Below, piece after piece: positions 59,284 to 64,000 of a DNA stretch of 64,000 nucleotides (position 1 is the first letter of the stretch; each line of letters begins with the position of its first letter). Position numbers and translations under genes: made by a program. The notes under the pieces were generated by a model, which saw only the letters and a list, made by a program, of their open reading frames with translations, ran no database searches and was not told the DNA's origin. The stretch lies in the IMG/VR virus record IMGVR_UViG_3300021255_002694. One strand, 5' to 3'. Origin of the DNA: a virus (lineage: Duplodnaviria > Caudoviricetes).

Positions 59284-60936
59284 GTGGCATCAAAAGATTT
59301 ATCTCATATCAATTCTGTGCCGAATATAGTCATGTGGTCGTGGATGCGAACTGTATTAAGACTGTGTGGCTCTGAATTACTTATATTCTCGTATATATTT
59401 TCACAGACATTTGATTCTTCACACAGATGTTATGCGTGTCTAGTTGATATGGAAGATTGGTTTGGTGTTACACGGCAAACTATTTCCAGAAATATTGATC
59501 GCCTTGTTGAAAAGGGTTTTGTGTTAAAGGAATGCAAACAGGACTTAATAAATCCTATAATCAAGCACAACAGCTATATGGTAAATATACCAAATGTAAC
59601 AGAGTTGTGTGAAAATGCAGATAAAGACAGCTATCAGAATTTTTTAGATTCATATAGATCATTGCTTAAACAAAAGTTTCCAGAAGATGATACAAAGATT
59701 GACGATTATCTGAATGAACTTATGACATGGCATGAGAATAAAAATTTAGAGGTCTGTGTAAAATTAAATGACCTTGCGGCTCTTATTTACAGAACATCTG
59801 AGGATAATAAACCGATAACGGATGTACTTGAATCTGTTAGAAAAACTAACAAGAAGTTAAAAGCATCACCTGAAAAATCATATATTGATAAATCTGGCGC
59901 TGATGTACTGAATCCGAAACAGAAAAAATCTGTTTCAGACGATGGACAAACGGAACTATTCAGCACCAAACCAAAGAGGAAGTCTAAGAAAGCTATTCGT
60001 GCTGAATGGGATGCAGACAAGAGAGCAATGAATACTGATTTTGTGTATATCAGGATCGGTGGAAACGAAAAACTGCTTGAACTGTTAAACAAGTTCTTAG
60101 ATACAGACAACGGTCAGAGTTATACACCTAATCAGTGGGAAGAACAGCTTGAAACATTGTATACATATGGAAGAACGCCTGAAAGAATGATAGAGGGTGT
60201 TCGCATTTCATACATGAATAACTATCGGCAACTCTACATTGTAGATAAGTCAGAAGTTGATATGGATAAGAAACTGAATGCAATCGACAAGTATGTTGAA
60301 GAATTTGCTGATAATAACGATGAATTGAGATCACTGTTATGTTCATATGTGACAGAAGTACCAAAAGGTAAATCTTTTACAGAAAGTCAGTTTAAGCTAC
60401 AACTGAAAACTCTAACAAGTCTATGCAAGACAACAGAGGATAAAATAGCAAGTGTTGAAATTGCGTATGCTAGATCATATCAATCTCTCGCATATCCTAG
60501 TAATTCTATGGGTAATGGTAACTCATCCACATCTGTTGATGAAGATAAGAAGATTGAAAAGGTAAGATCATTTATTAAGGCAGGTTACTATCAGTTATGT
60601 GATGGTCTTGAAGATGCTCTAATTACATACGTAAAAGAAACGGATGTTGGTCGCAAAATGAGTTATAATGCATTTTGCAATATTCTTGACAACCTAAGAC
60701 TTTATTGCCTTGATGATGTTGACAAGGTTGGAAAGGTAAAACTGGCAATTCAGAATAATTCATCTAAATTCGCAACAGAGGACTACGATGAAACAAGGAG
60801 ACTCAGGAACAAACTTGTAACGCGAGAATCCAAAGCACAGAGTTTGGACAGATCACGACAACAGAAAGTGATCATGGCAAAAATGAAAAATCCAAATGAT
60901 CCAAGACTTGTAGATGTTCCAAAAGTAAAATTTTAA
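59284..60936 (+). CDS. replication initiator (N-terminal wHTH, three C-terminal helical repeats)
   Basis: ELLIFSYI...GVTRQTISRNIDRLVEKGFV; upstream of DnaC-like loader. Confidence 0.7.
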   Translation: MASKDLSHINSVPNIVMWSWMRTVLRLCGSELLIFSYIFSQTFDSSHRCYACLVDMEDWFGVTRQTISRNIDRLVEKGFVLKECKQDLINPIIKHNSYMVNIPNVTELCENADKDSYQNFLDSYRSLLKQKFPEDDTKIDDYLNELMTWHENKNLEVCVKLNDLAALIYRTSEDNKPITDVLESVRKTNKKLKASPEKSYIDKSGADVLNPKQKKSVSDDGQTELFSTKPKRKSKKAIRAEWDADKRAMNTDFVYIRIGGNEKLLELLNKFLDTDNGQSYTPNQWEEQLETLYTYGRTPERMIEGVRISYMNNYRQLYIVDKSEVDMDKKLNAIDKYVEEFADNNDELRSLLCSYVTEVPKGKSFTESQFKLQLKTLTSLCKTTEDKIASVEIAYARSYQSLAYPSNSMGNGNSSTSVDEDKKIEKVRSFIKAGYYQLCDGLEDALITYVKETDVGRKMSYNAFCNILDNLRLYCLDDVDKVGKVKLAIQNNSSKFATEDYDETRRLRNKLVTRESKAQSLDRSRQQKVIMAKMKNPNDPRLVDVPKVKF

Positions 60937-60951
60937 GCGAGGTGTTATTTC

Positions 60952-61710
60952 TTGCTAGATGATGTATATGAGCGTAATACGAATGTAAATAAGTGTTGGT
61001 ATAAGAACATTTGTGATAAGTTCGGTACAGACGCTTGCGAGTTTACATGTAAACGGTTCACACAAACTGATTATCTATTTCAGTTATCAGGATTACCTAA
61101 GTCAAAGTGGAAACCGATAAATCTGTCATCTGATTTTCTTGAACCGGATGTTAGCGAGGTACTTAATACAATTATAGCTGATTGTGAGTATTTTGTTAAA
61201 AAAGGATTCAATTTGTATCTTTGGGGAAAAACAGGCTGCGGTAAAACATCATGGGCTGTTAAGATCATGAACGGATATTTTGCATATGTAGCAGAATCGA
61301 GTGCGTTTACTCCGAGAGGAAGATATGTAAGTGTTCCGTCATTTCTCCGTGATGCAAAAATGTATCTAGCATCAAAGTCCCCTGAATTTTTAGAACTTAT
61401 AAAGATATTGCAAACATGTGATATTGTTATATGGGATGATGTTGGTCAGACCGATGCAACAAATTTTGAATCACAGTGGTTATATTCTTTTATAAATGAA
61501 AGACTTTTTGCTAATAAGTGCAATATATTTACAAGCAACCTCTCTCCGGACGATCTTGAACGATCTAATGAGCGGTTAGCATCAAGAATATGTGTTGGTT
61601 CAGATTGCTTAAATATTACAGGACCAGATATGCGATTTAAGAACACGTACACATTCTTCATGAATAGTGAGGAGGTTGATTCATATGGCTGCGAAAACGG
61701 GAATAGTTGA
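60952..61710 (+). CDS. DnaC/IstB-like AAA+ helicase loader
   Basis: GKTGCGKT, IWDDVG, FTSN, RLASRI, GPDMR. Confidence 0.88.
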   Translation: MLDDVYERNTNVNKCWYKNICDKFGTDACEFTCKRFTQTDYLFQLSGLPKSKWKPINLSSDFLEPDVSEVLNTIIADCEYFVKKGFNLYLWGKTGCGKTSWAVKIMNGYFAYVAESSAFTPRGRYVSVPSFLRDAKMYLASKSPEFLELIKILQTCDIVIWDDVGQTDATNFESQWLYSFINERLFANKCNIFTSNLSPDDLERSNERLASRICVGSDCLNITGPDMRFKNTYTFFMNSEEVDSYGCENGNS

Positions 61711-63025
61711 GATTCAAGCTATCAACAGGATTCTAAGATCACAGTCTGTTGATATGGTTCTTGACAACGAATTAACAGAGAAGCATTTTCATCTATATAC
61801 AGATGAGTTTAACTTCATTATGGATCATTACAGACAGTATGGCAATGTTCCAGATGTTGAAACATTTGTAGATGAATTTCAAGAATTTGACATACTTGAA
61901 GTGTCTGAATCAGAAGAATATCTAGTTGATAAGTTAAACGAGGAATTTATGTATCGGGAGTTAATTCCGATTACATCCAAGTTTAACGAAATGGCTACAT
62001 CAGGAAACGCTAGAGAAGCGCGTGATTATCTTTTAACAGCACTTTCGGAAGTTGAGCAATCATATTCTAATATTGGAATAAGTATTGTTCACGAGGGCGC
62101 TGAAATGCGCCTAGAGGAATATCGTAAGAAAAAAGATGCCACAGAACCGTGGATGCGTCCAACAGGTTTTAAGGAACTTGATGATGAAATAGGTGGTCTG
62201 TCGCCAGGAGAAGAATTTTTAGTAATTGTTGCTAGAACAAATAACGGTAAATCATGGGTTCTTGCAAAGATACTAGAACATAATTGGCGACTAGGTTTCA
62301 GAGTTGGATATATTTCTCCTGAAATGAGTGCTAATCAGATCGGATATAGATTTGATACTTTGAATGAACATTTTTCAAATTTTGCTCTGTATGCTGGCAG
62401 AGATACAGAAGATGATTACGAGAAATACATTGAAAATCTGAAAAACAATTCAAAGGGAGATTTTATTGTTGCAACTCCACTTGATTTTAACAAGAAAATT
62501 ACAATTTCAAAGCTAAGAAAGTTTTGTTTGAAAAATAAATTAGATGTTCTAGGAATTGACGGCATTACATATATCACAGACGAGAGATACAAAAAAGGTG
62601 ATAATAAAACGACGTCACTTACAAACATATCCGAAGATTTAATGAGCCTTAGTTGCGAATTGAAAATTCCGATCATTGCGGTTGTTCAGGCTAATAGATC
62701 AGGTGTTGATGAGGATGGTGGAGTTCCATCACTTGAAAGTATTAGAGATTCTGACGGTATTTCGCATAATGCTTCAAAGGTTCTTTCAATTCGTCAACAT
62801 AATAATAAACTTAAAATGGAGATCACAAAAGCTAGAAACTGTAAGGTCGGAACTAAGCTAGTATATGACTGGCAAATTGATGTTGGTAGATTTGAGTTCA
62901 ATCCAAGCGGTGATGATGATTATAGTTCTGACGATCTTGAATCACGTAGACCAAGCAGACATGAGCCTGTTGAAAATAAGCAACCGCTTGTTAATCGTAG
63001 AGGGAGTTCTCAAAATCCATTTTAA
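61685..63025 (+). CDS. dnaB: DnaB-like replicative helicase
   Basis: PTGF, ARTNNGKS, SPEM, IDG, QANR, KARN. Confidence 0.9.
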   Translation: MAAKTGIVEIQAINRILRSQSVDMVLDNELTEKHFHLYTDEFNFIMDHYRQYGNVPDVETFVDEFQEFDILEVSESEEYLVDKLNEEFMYRELIPITSKFNEMATSGNAREARDYLLTALSEVEQSYSNIGISIVHEGAEMRLEEYRKKKDATEPWMRPTGFKELDDEIGGLSPGEEFLVIVARTNNGKSWVLAKILEHNWRLGFRVGYISPEMSANQIGYRFDTLNEHFSNFALYAGRDTEDDYEKYIENLKNNSKGDFIVATPLDFNKKITISKLRKFCLKNKLDVLGIDGITYITDERYKKGDNKTTSLTNISEDLMSLSCELKIPIIAVVQANRSGVDEDGGVPSLESIRDSDGISHNASKVLSIRQHNNKLKMEITKARNCKVGTKLVYDWQIDVGRFEFNPSGDDDYSSDDLESRRPSRHEPVENKQPLVNRRGSSQNPF

Positions 63026-63051
63026 CCTAGTATTTTTATAGGTGATTAAAT

Positions 63052-63333
63052 ATGAAAGAGATTTCAATAGAATTAAAAAAGTACACAAAAGATTACCTGT
63101 CAAAAAATCCAGATAAGGTTTTCCAGAATCGTGAACTTATTGTAGAGGTCGATAACTCTGTTCCGGATGATCCTGTATATCGTTTTAAGTTGGGCGATGG
63201 TGTATCTCCGTATAAAGAGTTGAAATATATATCATCTTTATACTCATTATATCCTTCATTTTGCATATGCAACAAGTCATATACAAATAAGATAAATCTT
63301 AGTCTTGGCGGTGATGATTATGTTCACAGCTAA
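63052..63333 (+). CDS. stand-alone Mtd_N/hyaluronidase-N-like small protein
   Basis: NP...ELIVEVD...RFKLGDGVSPYKELKY. Confidence 0.55.
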   Translation: MKEISIELKKYTKDYLSKNPDKVFQNRELIVEVDNSVPDDPVYRFKLGDGVSPYKELKYISSLYSLYPSFCICNKSYTNKINLSLGGDDYVHS

Positions 63334-64000
63334 CGGTACACCAATCCTTGCTGATGAAGTCGAAGTTCTTGTAGAACTTAGAGATCAGCTTGCTCTAAAT
63401 GGGCTTGATCTATTGAGAGATATACGAAGAATAGATAATCATATACAGATAACGTGTCCATTTCACAAAGATGGTCATGAGTCAAAGCCGTCATGCGGAA
63501 TAACAACAAATGATATAAAATATGGAGACAAACTTGTTAAGTCTGGAACAGTGCATTGTTTTACATGTGGATATGTTTCATCACTTGAAGAAATGATTTC
63601 CAGACTATTCGGACGGAATGATATGGGTACGTTCGGTATTGAGTGGCTGAAAAAGAACTTCATGACAATTCAGTATGAACAGCGTGAATCACTTATAGAT
63701 TTGGGATCAAAGGATAAAGTTCAAAAAGAAGATATTAAATATGTATCTGAGGAAGAACTTGATTCATACAGATATATTCATCCATATGCATACAAGCGCA
63801 GACTTACGGACGAGATAATTGAGCAATTTGATGTTGGATACGATGATCATTTTATATTAACGAGTAAAGACGGCAGAGAGTTTAAGTTACGATGTCTTAC
63901 ATTTCCTGTTCGTGATGAAACAGGTGGTACATTATTTATAGCAAGACGATCTGTCGATACGAAGCTATTTCATTATCCGTCAGGTGTTGATAAACCTGTA
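63320..64000 (+). CDS. dnaG: DnaG-like primase, N-terminal part (runs off window, absent from ORF track)
   Basis: MFTANG...CPFHKDGHESKPSC...HCFTCG CHC2 zinc finger; FDVGYD, LTFPVRD. Confidence 0.88.
   Translation, partial: MFTANGTPILADEVEVLVELRDQLALNGLDLLRDIRRIDNHIQITCPFHKDGHESKPSCGITTNDIKYGDKLVKSGTVHCFTCGYVSSLEEMISRLFGRNDMGTFGIEWLKKNFMTIQYEQRESLIDLGSKDKVQKEDIKYVSEEELDSYRYIHPYAYKRRLTDEIIEQFDVGYDDHFILTSKDGREFKLRCLTFPVRDETGGTLFIARRSVDTKLFHYPSGVDKPV

Noticed and set aside
151-63663. All minus-strand ORFs in the track (e.g. 11948-12718, 26928-27404, 35772-36017)
   Set aside because: They are shadows of + strand genes, with no SD or recognisable motifs and S/F/L-rich antisense composition
1-64000. 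CRISPR array, tRNA or rRNA genes
   Set aside because: No regularly spaced direct repeats or cloverleaf-like sequences seen in the few intergenic gaps
1-64000. Active stop-codon recoding
   Set aside because: Core genes are full length under the standard bacterial code; no fragmentation at TAG or TGA
1-64000. Prophage/integrase or host chromosomal DNA
   Set aside because: No integrase, repressor switch or bacterial housekeeping context; the whole window is phage-like

Overview
A 64-kb segment of a large, low-GC myovirus. All credible genes are on the + strand. Perfect sigmaA/sigma70 extended -10 promoters and an initiator/DnaC/DnaB/DnaG module suggest a Bacillota (Clostridia-like) host, which is an inference. 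There are three blocks. (1) 1-17.75 kb: about 27 mostly orphan genes. Most begin with a shared short leader (MKLxIxE-like), and several contain internal Arg/Lys-rich linkers flanked by xxE-S sites that match T4 gp21-type prohead-protease cleavage sites. The cargo includes four SAM-lyase/DUF3293-like paralogues, two SprT-like metalloproteases, a Dps-like ferritin, a ParB-like domain, a DarA-C-like module and highly acidic proteins. I interpret this as a capsid-targeted, protease-matured set of injected anti-defence proteins. (2) 17.97-54.45 kb: T4-like morphogenesis genes: intein-containing TerL, portal, protease-scaffold fusion, gp23-like capsid, neck, sheath, tube, a tail chaperone with a probable +1 frameshift extension missing from the ORF track, tape measure, baseplate and tail fibre. 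(3) 54.5-64 kb: AT-rich candidate origin, early genes (DUF932, SNF2 helicase), a probable RNA attenuator, and initiator, DnaC-like loader, DnaB helicase and a DnaG primase cut off by the window end. All family assignments come from motif recognition by eye, not database searches.
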